A DNA stretch of 64,000 bases, from assembly GCF_006345805.1 (NCBI RefSeq), contig NC_043000.1, positions 48,732,001-48,796,000 on the forward strand. The letters are read 5' to 3'. A program made the position numbers and the translations under genes. The first letter of the stretch is position 1, and each line of letters starts with the position of its first letter. This DNA comes from Octopus sinensis (taxonomy: Eukaryota). A model generated the notes under the pieces. The model saw only the letters and a program-made list of their open reading frames with translations. It had not been told where the DNA came from and ran no database searches. Positions 1 to 13,787 of this stretch are shown here, piece by piece.

Positions 1-544
1 AGAAATACTTCGAGTATTTTAAAATACGTTTAATAATTTACATCCTATTTTAGAAACTACTTCGTATATAGTAATATGTGAAATGAAGATAAGTGATAAT
101 TCAATATTACATAACTGATCGGTAAACATCTACGCGTAAGATGAGATATGTGTTTCCTGTAGTCTGTTTAACCACATTACGCGATCTATTCTATTTGAGA
201 CTTATACTAATTTGCTTAATATTTATTATCTGACTATCTGACAAGTTTCTTTCAATTTCGATACACAGATTCAAACAAAATGATGTTTCAGAGCTTTATG
301 GCCTGTATACATTGTCTTCAATAACAATAGGATGGGATTGACTTTAAAAAAAAATATATGGAACTTCCTGATTATTTGAAATGTTTTGCTAGTAAATGAA
401 TAATAATTTACATTGTCCAGTTTGACAGGACTTGCAACGTGTGAAGTAGAGAGGATGACAAGATACAGTTTCTATTTTCTCCTCCAATCATTATATAGAA
501 ATTCTTAAAAAGGATTTTGTTTCCACTACAACCACTACCGATTC

Positions 545-700
545 TCTGTAATAATCTCTACGCTAAATCCTTCTTTGCAAGAAGTAAAACCTCTGGCATC
601 ACCTCCCTGCACACTTTCTCCTATAGCTGTCGATTTGAAACTCTTCAACCGCTTCAATATAATCGAACATGCGAAAGCCATGTTAACAGCAGCTTCCTCC
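545..700 (+). mobile_element. Degenerate 3' end of a CR1/L2-type LINE reverse transcriptase
   Basis: YAKSFFAR (from 559), then after a frameshift LWHHLPAH (591-614). This resembles the CR1-group C-terminal motif Y..SFF.RT..LWN.LP. Confidence 0.4.
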
Positions 701-1836
701 AGACTAAAACAATAAAGGAAAACCTGGATAAATAGACTAATCACTCTTTTCACTTAAAGCATTGTTTTATCTCTTGGCTGACAGTAGTATTTTATGGTTG
801 TTAGAGTATCGCTTTTAAAAAAATTGAATTTCAATTGCTACAAAATTTTAAATGTTTGTTTAGGTTGATGAGAAAGTTCTCTCTCAGTCGAACAGTTAAC
901 AAATTTCATATTAAAAAAAATATACGACACATAAGGAAAAAAAAAGAGGATTGAATAGACAGAATAGGCGCAATTAGTGTACACACGGTGTAACTTCAGT
1001 TTTAATTATACTTAAAAATAGCTATCATCAAGGCATTATCATCAACTGCGATTGATCTTTTACATTTGAAAATTTTTCACTGCCGCGTTTTAAGTAATTA
1101 TAACTTGGAAGTCTAAATAATCCAAAAATCACATAGGATACCGAAAATAATATTAAAATACGTGGAAAATATTTAAATCAAGTGTGATTTTATTTAAAAG
1201 TGATATTCTGCAGAATGTAGTTTTTGAAACAGTATTGCATTTTAAACTTAATTAGTAGCTTTAAAAATAATATATTGCAGAAATATCTAATTATCTTTAA
1301 ATTATCACCTGAAAAGCATTCATCGAATTATAATCCTTTGAAAATTAAAGATTTCTAAAGATGAAATAGTTTTCGAAGTGCAATACTGTAGCCGGCATTC
1401 AAAATAATATTGCTTTCGCACTTAACAACAAGGCAACGTATTTGTTTGGGAGTATAGAGTTAATTGACTCGACTTGAGTACTTGAATTATACAGAATTTG
1501 TTGTTACCACAGGCGAGGGGAATGAAAAATCAAATTAGTCTAAAAAAATGAAAATGCTTTAGAGTATTTAATCTTTTTGAATTTGGTATAAACACTTATT
1601 TTATATCATTCAGATACTATATTTTTCAGTCTCCCATTTTTGTATCACATGGAAAATGCTACTTTTTCACTCGTATTTAATTTAGTATGCTGTGTTATAT
1701 TTGCATTACTTTAAAATGTAAAGCACAATTTGAAAGTCTAATTTAGCTCAACTACGTCATATATTATACTTTTCGTTTCGTTATGTCAGTTTATCTCATT
1801 ACTGCTATTTAAAGATTATATTATACCACAAGTATA

Positions 1837-2222
1837 GGCGCAGGAGTGGCTGTGTGGTAAGTAGCTTGTTTACTAACCACATGGTTCCGGGTTCAGTCCC
1901 ACTGTGTGGCATCTTGGGCAAGTTTCTTCTACTATAGCCTCGGGCTGACCAAAGCCTTGTGAGTGGATTTGGTAGACGGAAACTGAAAGAAGCCCGTCGT
2001 ATATATGTATATATATAAATGTGTGTGTGTGTGTGTTTGTGTCTGTATTTGTCCCCCTGGCATTGCTTGACAACCAATGTTGGTGTGTTTACGGTTCGGC
2101 AAAAGTGACCGATAGAATAAGTACTGGGCTTACAATGGATAAGTCCCGGAGTCGATTTGCTCGACTAAAGGTGGTGCTCCAGCATGGCCGCAGTCAAAGG
2201 ACTGAAACAAGTAAAAGAGTAA
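1837..2222 (+). mobile_element. tRNA-derived SINE, family A (octopus OR-like, CORE-like centre), near full length
   Basis: A/B-box head GGCGCAGGAGTGGCTGTGTGGT...GGTTCAGTCCC, central CTTGGGCAAG motif, internal (AT)/(GT) microsatellite, tail ending GACTGAAACAAGTAAAAGAG. Homologous copies at 5126, 8225, 9047, 27372 and 52843. Confidence 0.9.
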
Positions 2223-2800
2223 GTAAATTTAAGTTAATGGTAATTTTTTGAAAATTGTATGTAAAGCATTAATATAGAAAAGAAATATAATGAAGAAGAT
2301 AAGCGGTAAGCGATTTCTGTTCTCAAAGACAATTTCAGTAACTTTCAAATATTTATTACTAGGAATATTCATTGAAATTTGTGAAGTTTTAACTGGTTAG
2401 TGAGAGATGAAAGCTGGTTACGTACTAAAACGTTTTTGCACCGTACGACTCATGAAGATTTTATCCTCACTAAAAAGGCCATCAATAGTCTGAATGCAGT
2501 TGTCCGTTGCCAAACAATTTAAGAGGCACAAAATGTTTGGTTTTGTACGTTGAGGTGTGAGTGAGTGTATGTGAGTGTGTATGTGTATGCGTGCGTGTGT
2601 GTGCATGTGTGTGTGAGAGAGAGAGAGAGAGAATGTGTATTCTTTTAGTCCTTGACACTTTTACGTCTTCAATATAGTACTGCAGCCATGCCGGAGCACC
2701 GCGTACAATTGCTTTTAGTTAATCATAACAAGCCGTGTGTTACTTAGGTATGGCTGAGGAGTAAATTTAGGTTACAACTATAAATTTTCTTGTATTAGCG

Positions 2801-2802
<2 letters not shown>

Positions 2803-2859
<57 letters not shown>
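2803..2859. repeat. (AT)n microsatellite followed by (AG)n
   Basis: Direct reading. Confidence 0.95.
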
Positions 2860-2863
<4 letters not shown>

Positions 2864-4072
2864 GAGAGAGAGAAAGGGAAAGAGAGAAAGCGAGAGAGAG
2901 ATTGAGTGAACCTGTAAATATCTATGTGCATAAAAGAACAGAAATTTTAATAATATGCAGATATAGATAAAATATTAATCAAACATTTAAGTTTCACTTT
3001 GAGTATCTTCACTTTCTTGTAACGCAGTTAAGGGTTTATGACAGAAAAGTATGATAGCCCTTATACGTTTTGATTATAACGTTTTAATTAAAATCAAAAG
3101 ATCAGCAGGCATTAATCTGCAATTAATTATAGTTTTGCAACGATACCCGACTTCATTATATAAAAGATTAAAGGCATGCACAACTTCCTTTACATTTTAC
3201 GTAACGTATTCACTTTAAATAATGGTTGATTATATCGGCATGATAGGGCGTGACAGTATTCTTTGGTTATCAAACACCAACAAGGAGCATACTTTTGAAT
3301 GTGTTTTGATTTAGCGAACAAATGTTGATTAAGAATAAAAAGAGTTAAACACGGTATGTTGGTGGAAAACGTGGGAAGAAGTACCTAAATTCTTTCCTCA
3401 AATGTTCTAGTCTTATTGCAAGTAGTTATTAAAGCATATGATTTCAGTTTTTAGTGATATACTAGGAGACATTATTATTTTAAAAACCATTTGTTATTGT
3501 TATTGCGTCCTTTATTCTTTTACAGCTGTTGAAGCTAGCGGTTGCTAAAATTTTCCAGCAAAATATATTAAGTAGTTAATTGGGGGTTTGTCATCAAAAG
3601 TCTTTCAGGACTTCCGCAAATGTTGGGAATCGATGCTTACTTTGTGTGTCTGTAGATTGACATATGTAGAAAAATTATAGCTTAGGGATTGTTTCAAAAA
3701 ATATACGAGGATTAAAGAGAAAGAATTGGGAATTTTTATTAGCTTACATAGGTCTTTAAGTTACTCATATTGGTAGAGTAATTGCTTTTCTAAACGAAGC
3801 TACAACTTAATGTAGTCTCTATCCACAAATCTGTGCGATTGCGCCAGCACTGACACAAGCGTTCGAATAATTCTTCAAAAAGATCAAGTTCTCACTATTT
3901 TACCTGCTTCACCGCTACTGCGTCCCATCTGCATCATCAAACGGTTGTCCTGAATATTGTCCTTCATTCAACAGATCAAGCGGAAATGAAAGAGAGAGAG
4001 AGAGGGGCGGAAGCTAACAACAGAGCGTTTTATTCAGTCGATCAATATCATTAACATTACAGCAAAATATAA

Positions 4073-4280
4073 GGCGGTGACCTGGCAGAATCGTCAGCAC
4101 GCCGGGCGAAATGCTTAGCGGCATCTCCTCCATCCTTACATACCGAGTTCAAATTCCGCCGAGGTTGACTTTGCCTTTAACCGTTTCAGAGTCGAGAAAA
4201 TAAGTACCAGTAGAACACAGGAGTCAATGTAATCGACTTATCCCCACCCCCTCCTGGTCTTGTGCCAAAAGTAGAAACCA
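4073..4280 (+). mobile_element. tRNA-derived SINE, family B (octopus OK-like)
   Basis: GGCGGTGACCTGGCAGAATCG...GAGTTCAAATTCCGCCGAGGTTGACTTTGCC. Many homologous copies in the window. Confidence 0.85.
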
Positions 4281-4469
4281 GAATTACACCCAAATATACC
4301 AGTGGTTTCCAATCTTTTCACTATCAAAGGTTCCTTTTATTTTAACGAGTTTCCCCATGGACCACAGGATATTGAAAGGTAAAGTAGTTCCTGTGGCTAT
4401 TTCAGAATTTATTTCTGTTATTCGATCTTTAAGAAAAGAGCACGATATCTCCATATGTTATCTTATATT

Positions 4470-4670
4470 TCACTTGTTTCAGTAAATAGACTACAGTCTT
4501 GCTGGAGCACCGCTTTAAACAATGTTTGTCGAACGAATCGACCCCAATACTTATTTTTTAAACCTATCATTTAACCTACCAGTCTCTTTTACCGAACTTT
4601 TAAGTTACAGAAACGTAAACACATCTTCACCGGTTGTCAAACGGTGGGGCGGGGTACAGACACAAAATAG
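4470..4670 (-). mobile_element. SINE family A 3' tail fragment, degenerate
   Basis: CTTGTTTCAGT...GCTGGAGCACCGC matches the reverse complement of the 2170-2220 tail. Confidence 0.6.
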
Positions 4671-5125
4671 CACATCATATATATATAACAACTCCTGTTT
4701 GTGCACATGTTTTATGATGTAGATTAAACTGTGAACAACAACGATTTCTTCATCATTCAATGGATCAATGCGAAGGAGTAAAAAAAAAAACTAAGGTGTT
4801 CAAGCGTCACATTTTCAACAAGATGATACCGATAAGGTTATATAGTGCATCGACTCATGTTGTTGATCTATTTATGATTTAGTAACGCTGTTTAGTGCGT
4901 CAAGCCATTAAATCACAAGAATATGCATCACGATTGGCTCTAAAACATATTAAATATAGTTATAAACAGGGGGATTAATATTTTTTTTCCACTAACGGTG
5001 ACAAATGATAAATCAAGACAACTCAACAAACTCTTTAAAAGAATCCTATCACAATGATGAATAAGGAATGTCCCGATTGATATTTTCACTATGGTAAATA
5101 GAACATTAGCCGTGCTCAATACATA

Positions 5126-5289
5126 GGCGCAGGCGTGGCCGTGTGGCGGCAAGTTTAGTTCCCACCATATGCTTCCACGTTCAGTTCCACTGCATTGCAT
5201 GTTGGGCAAGTGCCTTCTACTGTTGCTTCGGACCGGCAAAAGCCTTTTAAATAGATTTCGTAGACGGAAACTCAACGAAGCCCGTCGTA

Positions 5290-5290
<1 letters not shown>
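5126..5290 (+). mobile_element. SINE family A head and core
   Basis: Aligns by eye to 1837-2000. Confidence 0.8.
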
Positions 5291-5381
<91 letters not shown>

Positions 5382-5428
5382 CGTCTGTCTGTCTGTCTTC
5401 CTGCCTGTCTGTCTGTCTATCTATCTAA

Positions 5429-5489
<61 letters not shown>

Positions 5490-5529
5490 CATCTATCCAT
5501 CCATCCATCTATCTATCTATCTATCTATA

Positions 5530-5565
<36 letters not shown>
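5290..5565. repeat. Compound (ATCT)n/(GTCT)n/(ATCC)n/(AT)n microsatellite
   Basis: Direct reading. It explains the spurious 195-aa ORF (SIYL repeats). Confidence 0.95.
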
Positions 5566-5569
<4 letters not shown>

Positions 5570-7273
5570 TACTTATAAGTTTGCGTGTTTCGTTACACTC
5601 CTTCTTATCTCCACTTCCTTGTTTTTTTCTTATTCTCTCTCTCTCTTCTTACCTTTTCCATTCATTCTGACATCATTCATCATGCTAGTTGATTTTGAAT
5701 GTATGGTCTTACTATGTATATTTTATATGGAGGGGCAAAAAAGAAATGAAATATAAAAGAAAATGGTGAGGCATTTCAAGAGAAATGATAGAAAAGACAC
5801 ATGGAATTTACAAGCAAACAGTAATATTGAATCTAAAACGCCTAACGGCGATCTATGTCATGTGTTCCAGCTACAACGATGTGTAGTAAGAAGAAAAGAG
5901 AGAAACTAAAGAAAGACCGCAAGACCAATTAAAGCTTGGCAGTAAGTCATATTTTCAGCAGTGCTGTGGAAATCTCTAAATAACCAGGTTGCAAATATGC
6001 GACACAATTTGACAGCTTGAGCAATAAAGTCATAAATTGGTTAAGATGGCTCTTCCGCGATGTAATTGCTTCAATTTCATGCCGTCTCTGATCACACCCA
6101 AATCATGATACAAATGGCAAAGTGAATTTTATGATACGAATAAAAACGGAATAGAATTTTTTTTTTTTTTGAGTAATGATAAATCGAAAGTGATATTACT
6201 TAAATCTATTGTCGGAAACGTATTTTGATTTCTCTACACCATTGCCCTATAAGCAAGAATAGATTATTGAATATGTTATTAGGTAACTAGCTCTTGTTTT
6301 TTAGTATAGTTCACTGCATAAAATATATTCTTCCTGTCGTTTGACCTCAGGTCAGCTTTAGCAAGTAAAAGTCTACAAGCGATACACAGTGATTGTGACA
6401 GTCCCGTCTATTTTTATATATCATACTGTCTCACGTTTCTATTATTGTCATTCTTGTTTACGACGGTATGGTGTGATATGACGAATGAGCTGACGTCTTG
6501 AATAGTTTAAAGGACAATTTATTCTAGCAAAATACTGAATTCTCATAAAAAACAGGTTTTTTCTGATGAATGCATGATTAGTAATGTACACGAAATTGCC
6601 TTAAACAGAGACAATTTTTTCTTAGAAATATTTCCCGCTTGGAAAAACAATTTGAGACTAAAGAAAATATTTCAGAGGCGAAACTGGTTGTCATTAGAAT
6701 TATAGTTAATAAGCTTCTATTTAAGCGCTAATGCCGTGATGTCTGATTCAGGAACTTAGTTGTAGTGACCTATTACAATTAGATATTAATGACTTGTAGG
6801 TTCGTGGTATTTCGTTATGCAAGTAATACACTATAAAGTATTTTAAACGATTTTTATAATACCGGGTTCTACGGCATTAGCAGAGCATTTTCTATATTAT
6901 TTATTAAGATTTAAACTTTAGATATACTTTAGAAATTATAGCTAGCACTGATTCGTGCTACGTCAGATGTAAACAAACAATGAGATAGAAGATGAAAAAC
7001 AGGTAATGGGCGTATATGCAATATCTCTGTGGGTTTTGCTCCTTAAGCAACACACATCTAATCCATTTGACATCCTCGAGCACATTGCTTAAATATCCAA
7101 TTAGGTATGTATTTATCATTTAACTCTGGCAATCATATAAATTTACAAAACTGTGTTTTACAAGAACTGTATTATGTTGAGCCTGGTAAGAAACAGAACA
7201 TAGTACCTTTCTCTCTCTCACTCTCTCTCTCACACACACAATCTCTCTCTCCCACATACTGTCTCTCACACAC

Positions 7274-7312
<39 letters not shown>

Positions 7313-7319
7313 ATTACAA

Positions 7320-8160
7320 GCCCAATGCTGTGAGGAGTTTTCAGGACATTTATAATGAAATAATCTTACAGTTGTTTCTGGGATATTATGTATATACCTT
7401 TATCAGAGATGGCGTGGATTACTGTGAAAAAAGGAGGAGATAGGGAATAAAAGAGGAAATAGGATGAAAGCAGAAAAAAAGATATGTAACGGATATTGTA
7501 GTTGCAATTGCATTATTCGAGGAAAATGCTGTATAGAAGTGCTAAAAGAGTTTCCTGTGCATGGTATGTAAGTTCCAGTAGCAATTCATGTTTAGTCATT
7601 TCAAAGCATAGAGCCGTGGAATCAGCGTTGCTCATTCGAAAGAGTTTTATGGTGTGAATGAAAATTTGAGAATGTATTGGTAGTATTACTGGATAGATGG
7701 GGAAAGGAGATATGTGTATGATTAGAAAGAGGAGATAGGTCAAATTTAAAACAGGAAGAGAAAATGAGAGGAAGAAAGAGAGAAAAAAGAAAAAGGGAGA
7801 GAAAAGCAAAGAGTGAAAAAAGTGAAGAAAGGGTGAAAGAAGTGAGAAAAGGAGTGTAAGTTGGTGGTCAAGATAATGTGATGGGAGGATGGGAGGGGTG
7901 TGCGGGAGGGATAGAAAGAGATGAGAAGGTAAGGAGTAAAGGAATGTGAGATATATGAGTAGGGGGATATCACAGTGCTGCATTAAGGGATGGGTAGAGA
8001 AAAGGTAGGGAAAATATATGGCTGGGGTGATAGCAAAGTAAGTAATAGCTTTGGTAGTAAAATTTGAAGTGGAGGGAAGAAAACAAAGATGTCAAATCAC
8101 TATAAATAGACGTATGTGATACGTTAGTTTTAGGTAGCAATAGGAGAGGAGAAAAGAAGG
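7320..8160 (-). mobile_element. Penelope-like element remnant (ORF C-terminus-like segment, pyrimidine-rich tract, HHR-like terminus)
   Basis: Minus-strand KHELLLELTYHAQETLL resembles the PLE C-terminal E..LI..L.T..P.GLN. The terminal segment (7320-7410) is homologous to 59090-59190 in the opposite orientation. Confidence 0.5.
7363..7410 (-). ncRNA. Minimal type-I hammerhead-like motif, mutated (G8A)
   Basis: AUCU-CUGAUAA-A-GGUAUAU/AUAUCCC-A-GAAAC-AACU-GUA-AGAU. Stem I is a perfect 4 bp. Confidence 0.4.
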
Positions 8161-8224
8161 TATAACGACGTACGTACGAACGCACTCACATACATTTATA
8201 TTTGCGAATATGTATACACACATG

Positions 8225-8450
8225 CTCTCTTTTACTCTTTTACTTGTTTCAGTCATTTGACTGCGGCCATGCTGGAGCACCGCCTTTAGTCGAGCAAATC
8301 GACCCCAGGACTTTTTCTTTGGAAGCCCAGTACTTATTCTATCGGTCTCTTTTGCCGAAACGCTTAGTTACGGGGACGTAAACACACCAGCATAGGTTGT
8401 CAAGCAATGCTAGGGGGACAAACACAGACACACAAACATATACACACACA

Positions 8451-8511
<61 letters not shown>

Positions 8512-8675
8512 TATATGCGACAGGCTTCTTTCACTTTCCATCTACCAAATCCACTCACAAGGCTCTGGTCGGCCCGAGGCTATAGTAGAAGACACTTGCC
8601 TAAGATGCCACGCAGTGGGACTGAACCCGGAACCATGTGGTTGGGTAGCAAGCTACTTACCACACAGCCACAGAC
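8225..8675 (-). mobile_element. SINE family A, near full length
   Basis: Reverse complement of 1837-2222 with an expanded internal (AT)n. Confidence 0.9.
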
Positions 8676-8972
8676 ATATAAAAAGCCTATACATACACAT
8701 GCATATATATACTTTTTCTCTTTGAATCTCAGTAATTGGCCTGCAGCCATGCTGGGGTAGCATCTTTCGTAAGGATTTAGCCAAACAAATCGATCTCGGT
8801 ACTTAATTTTGAAGCCTGACACTTTGTTAATATGTTTCTTAGGCGGAATCGCTAAATTACGGGGAGGCAAACAAACCAGCGTCAGTTTTCACACACCGGT
8901 GAGAGACAAACATGAACACAAAACACACACACACACACTAACGTATATAAACTGAAAGAAACCCGTAGTCTA

Positions 8973-9046
<74 letters not shown>

Positions 9047-9048
<2 letters not shown>

Positions 9049-9207
9049 ACGGGCTTACAGTTTCCATCTATCAAATCTACTCACAAGGCTCTGATAGGTT
9101 CTGGGTTATAGTTGAAGACATTTGCCAAGGTTCCATAAAGTGGGACTTAAACCGTAACCACACGGTTAGGAAACCAACCTTTTACCACATAGTCACACCT
9201 GTGCCTA
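9047..9207 (-). mobile_element. SINE family A head and core, degenerate
   Basis: CGGGCTTACAGTTTCCATCTATCAAATCTACTCACAAGG matches family A. Confidence 0.7.
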
Positions 9208-10709
9208 CATACACACACACACATACACACACACACATACTTCATGCTGTCTACTGTATTATATAGAAAGAACCGCAGAAGTTTGTCAAAGAAATAAGTA
9301 TTTAAAATATTGGTATCATGATATTGCCTTCAGTCTTCACAGAAATCCTAGAATTTACGAAGATTTCATTCATGAGATACACAGTCATTTTTTTATTTAA
9401 TAGATATTAGTATGACGTTGCCGTGTTGCTGTTGATATTCTTATTAATAACAACAACTACAACCATAACTAAGAATAATAATAGTAATGATAAGGTTACC
9501 AATGTTAGCTTTTATTAGAGAATTTGTTACACTGCAGATTCAAAGACTGATTGGTATATTTAGTTATCTGTTAGCGTGAATAGATTTGCGATTGCGATGA
9601 CATTTAACGGTTGCATTCATTTCTTGTTACTTGAATACAATGGAACCGTGAACGAGAATAAATATCAATGCAAACACACAAAACGAGAAAACACAGGCTA
9701 TCACACGCGCAGACACACACACACACCACACTCACACAGATGCATACGGACTCACTAGAATACTCATGTATTCTATTGCTTCGTTAAAGCTTACGAAGCC
9801 TGGAGAAATATACATTTAATTTCGTCTAATTATATTCATATGCTCACGTTAGATTGTTTAACGAAGACATATATGGAATCAAATAAATTCTTGCGAAGGA
9901 AATAGCAACAATGATAAAAATATATATTTGTAGTCCGGCTATACTAGTCTACAAGGGGCTAGGGGAATATAGAGCCACTAATATTTACACTATAATGTTT
10001 GAAATAATGATGGTGGTGTTGGTAGTTTTGGTGGTCGTAGTAGTAGTAGTACTAGTAATCGTATAGTAGTCGTGGTAGTGGTAGTAGTACTTGTTGTAGT
10101 AGTGAAAAACAGCCTTTTGAAAGATGCATTTCTACGTCGGAGTGTGTAAATTATAATAAATACTGTTTTCTTAACTCTCTCCATTTCAAATCGGCAGTAT
10201 GCAATCTACCGTCCTTGCCAATGTAATACTTTAAATATAAATACAAACCAGAAGTATGCTGAAATGCAATCAAGAGACTATAAACTTAAATTTGGGAAAC
10301 TATGATTTATATAATATGCGAAATAAAAAGCAATAGCATGAAATCAATAACCATGCAAAACTGTTTAGTTTCGACTTTCATGATTTTTAGTTCAAATTTT
10401 TCTGCATGCGATAGTATTGCCTTTCACTCTTTTATGGTTGTCTAAATAGAAAGTAGAATCGGTAAAACATTAGTTGTGATTCAAGTGACTACATGAGTCT
10501 CATAGGAAATAATGTCATGTATATCAACGTAGATAAATCAACTTGGAACTAGATGTGCAAAATATACAATTTACAACAAAATCTCCCGATGCATGAATGT
10601 TTTCTGTTTTTTTATTGAAGTCGTAAATATGCATATGAATAGAAATTAAGTAGTCAATATTTTTTATATTCAATTTCTTTGCTCGAAATTGCTACTTAGA
10701 TATTACCCT

Positions 10710-10890
10710 GTGAGCTAGCAGAATCGTTAGGATGCCGGACAAAAATACTTGGCGACAGTTTCTGCCGACCTTACGTTCTGAGTTCAAATACCACCGAGGC
10801 CGACTTTGCTCCTTCGTTCCTTTCAGAGTTGATAAAATATGAACCCGTTGAGACATCAATCCCCCAAATCTCCGACCTTGTTCTTGTGGC
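10710..10890 (+). mobile_element. SINE family B
   Basis: GTGAGCTAGCAGAATCGTTAG...GAGTTCAAATACCACCGAGGCCGACTTTG. Confidence 0.75.
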
Positions 10891-11189
10891 AGAAATGATA
10901 TTATCGGTGTCTGTGATATTCTGTAATTTACGAATTCTTTCAAAAATTGTAATTTCATTTAAAACATTAAATCAATGGGTTATAAAAGCAAGATTGTACA
11001 TAGTTTTACTATTAGAATATAATAAAATGTTACACCATACACACACTTATACATGTATTCAAATTATTATGCTTTTGTTTTAAGTATAAATTCTTTTATA
11101 AGAATGTCACGAAGCGGAAAGCCACTGGGTCTAAGTGACTATAAAGTAGGAGAAATTAAGACAAAACAACGAATTTACTTTAGGAAAGA

Positions 11190-11480
11190 ATTCAGGTAAT
11201 AAGGAGGAAAAAAACAATGAGATGGAAGAGAGTTCCAAAGTCTGGTAGTTCGACGGATGTTTCCCTCGAGCTGCCACACTGAATATTACTGCAGAAAGAC
11301 TTCTTTATTCATGGAAGCACAACAGCACTTGGATGAAGACGCCGTGAGTTTCGAGTAAGGCGAGATAGCACCAAGTGGTCTGAAACTCAGAGAGGAAGTT
11401 CATCAGAGCATCCACTGTAGCAATAAAAATAGAAAAGATTAAGGCTAATGACGCCACGTCGATGTGGCAAGATGAGTAAC
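11190..11480 (-). mobile_element. CR1/L2-group LINE RT C-terminal relic
   Basis: Minus strand HRRGVISLNLFYFYCYSGCSDEL...SRLTRNSRRLHP, then TTRLWNSLPSH (11216-11250) in another frame. These are typical CR1-group C-terminal motifs. Confidence 0.7.
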
Positions 11481-13318
11481 AAAAATATCAAAATGTGTGA
11501 AGTACTTTTGCATAAATTATCGTTACATAATCTGAATGACTAATGATTGGGCATTGAGAAAAATGTAACACTTTGTTTAGGGAATATTCATAATGTTTAT
11601 TTTACTTTATAAAGAAATTTCTATTGATTTTCTGAATCATTTGGTAAAATTGCACCGCTTGAGAACATAGTTTAGTTACAAGTACTGGTTTTGATAACTG
11701 ATTTCTATGCCGAATATAAACAGTTATATAACTTTTTTATTTGTACTCTAGAAATACCCTGATAAACTGAAACCGGCTACAGAGTGTTTCATTCGTTAAA
11801 ATGTGAGCAAACATTTCCTCTCAAAATTATAGTTGATTTTTTTAATTATTTTTACCGGATGGGTCCTTTGGTAAAAGTTTGTATTACTGTAGTTATTATG
11901 CATATTTCTGTTAGCCCCAAAGACAAACTAACAGAAAATCTAGTGCATTATTACAAACAATGTTAGCAAAGCTTTATTAACTGAGACAAATAATCAGTAA
12001 ACAAAATGTTTCAGAACAACTGTAAATATATCGTAATTTTACATTCAGACTTTTTACAAAGGAGAAACTCAGCGTTTCTCTTCTTTTATTAAGCAAATGT
12101 TATGTAATAATTCCCTCCATGTTCTCTTTGCTTTCCCATCTCTCAATAACCGGCAACAAATCAAATTAAAACCATTGCAACAAAAATACAATCTACTAGA
12201 TTATACTGCTTCCTTAGAAAGCTTATTCGATTTATTGGTATAAAGCTATACATGACTTTGCACTCAAATAAATCTATAGCATCACAAAGTTAGCAATCAA
12301 ATCAGTGTGACGCACATTTGCCAAAACTATTTTCACTTCCGAATCGGTTGTTTGAAACGGGATTAAACGTTCTCGTCAATTAATTGCACTTGGCTAATTA
12401 AACACATGCAACATCCAATAAATAGTTTCTACTATTGTTTGAGATAGAATACACACATGTACTCTATTTATTACTCAGAAATGAAAGGTCAATAAGTTTG
12501 AATTATCAGTATCGATACAATTTTTAGTAGTGTAGTATAAATACAAATGTAGTTTGCAAAAAGTTAACATAAATTGGAGTTAATAGTGGTTTCGAAAGTG
12601 GGAAGTTTCTGAGGCCAGTATATAGAATAAAAATCAGTTTAATTATGAAGAGGGTCTGTCATGTTGAACCGAGTATTTAGAGAAAGATTCTTCAGTGTAA
12701 CTATTCGATAATTTCGTGAGTCAAGTAACAGAAAACATATAAAATTATAGAATAATATCAAAGACTCATTCTAAGTAAACACTATTCGGCTCTGTGAGAT
12801 ATAAAAGGACACATTTATGAAAGGAAATGCGAGAGCGCACGATATTTACGCTGCAACAAGCTAAGCAACGAGTGTGCTATGTGATTGCACATATACGAAA
12901 ACTATGTAACTGAATCATCCTCAAATAACTCCACACAATCTTCAGTAAGGAAATAGAATTGTTAGACTACATAGTCTTGAGTTTCCAAAACAAGTCACAG
13001 CTGGAATGTCACTAAAATATAATTTAGAACTAGACAATATATATCATCTAAACTGCACTTGGGTACTGTGATATTACAACAAAGGTGATTCTAAACATAT
13101 ATTCGGTTCTGCTGTAAGAGGAAACCAACCTCCTTACTTATAGTGGTATAAAATGTACAGAATCTAATACTGGAGATTAATATCTAATGCTGTGAATGAA
13201 ACATTTAATTTAAGAAATGGTCAGTTTTACCTCTTGGTGTGTGACATATGGCATGGTCTAATTTTGCATGATGCATCGTAATATCATATATCTATTGTGT
13301 TATTATTTTTTTTATTAA

Positions 13319-13545
13319 GGTGACGAATCGACAGAATCGTTTGCACGGCGGGCAAAATGCTTAGCGGTATTTCGTGCGTCTGTACGTTCTGAGTCCAAAT
13401 TCTGTCGAGGTCGAGTTTGCCATTCATCCTTTCTGGGTCAATAAAATAAGTCCCTAAGTCCCAGTCATTTACTGGACTCGATGTAATCGATTATAACCCT
13501 CCTTCAGAATTTCAGGCTTTGTACCTATTGTAGAAAGGATTATCA
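13319..13545 (+). mobile_element. SINE family B
   Basis: Homologous to the 4073 copy. Confidence 0.8.
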
Positions 13546-13584
13546 TTATCATCATCAATATACGTCTATCTTCTATTGATTTTT

Positions 13585-13787
13585 AATTTTGACACAAGGT
13601 CAGCAATTTCGAGGGAAGAAATTAATTTAAGTCGATAATATCGATCCCTGTGCTCAACAGGTACGTTTTTGTTATCGAATCCGAGGGGATAAACGGCAAA
13701 TTCGACCTCGACAGAGTTTAAACTCCAAACGTAAGGATGGACTAAACATTTTGCCTGATGTGCTAAGCATCCTGCCAGCTCACCGCC
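13585..13787 (-). mobile_element. SINE family B, tail-to-tail with the previous copy
   Basis: Ends CCTGCCAGCTCACCGCC, the reverse complement of the family B head. Confidence 0.8.

Noticed and set aside
4291-4375. CAGTGGTTTCCAATCTTTT, hAT-like TIR
   Set aside because: No matching second end or 8-bp TSD was found.
5169-5756. 195-aa ORF, and other long ORFs at 7513-7983, 21531-22172, 20355-20789 and 62815-63252
   Set aside because: They stay open only because they cross microsatellites or low-complexity tracts, or are antisense to repeat relics. No protein features.
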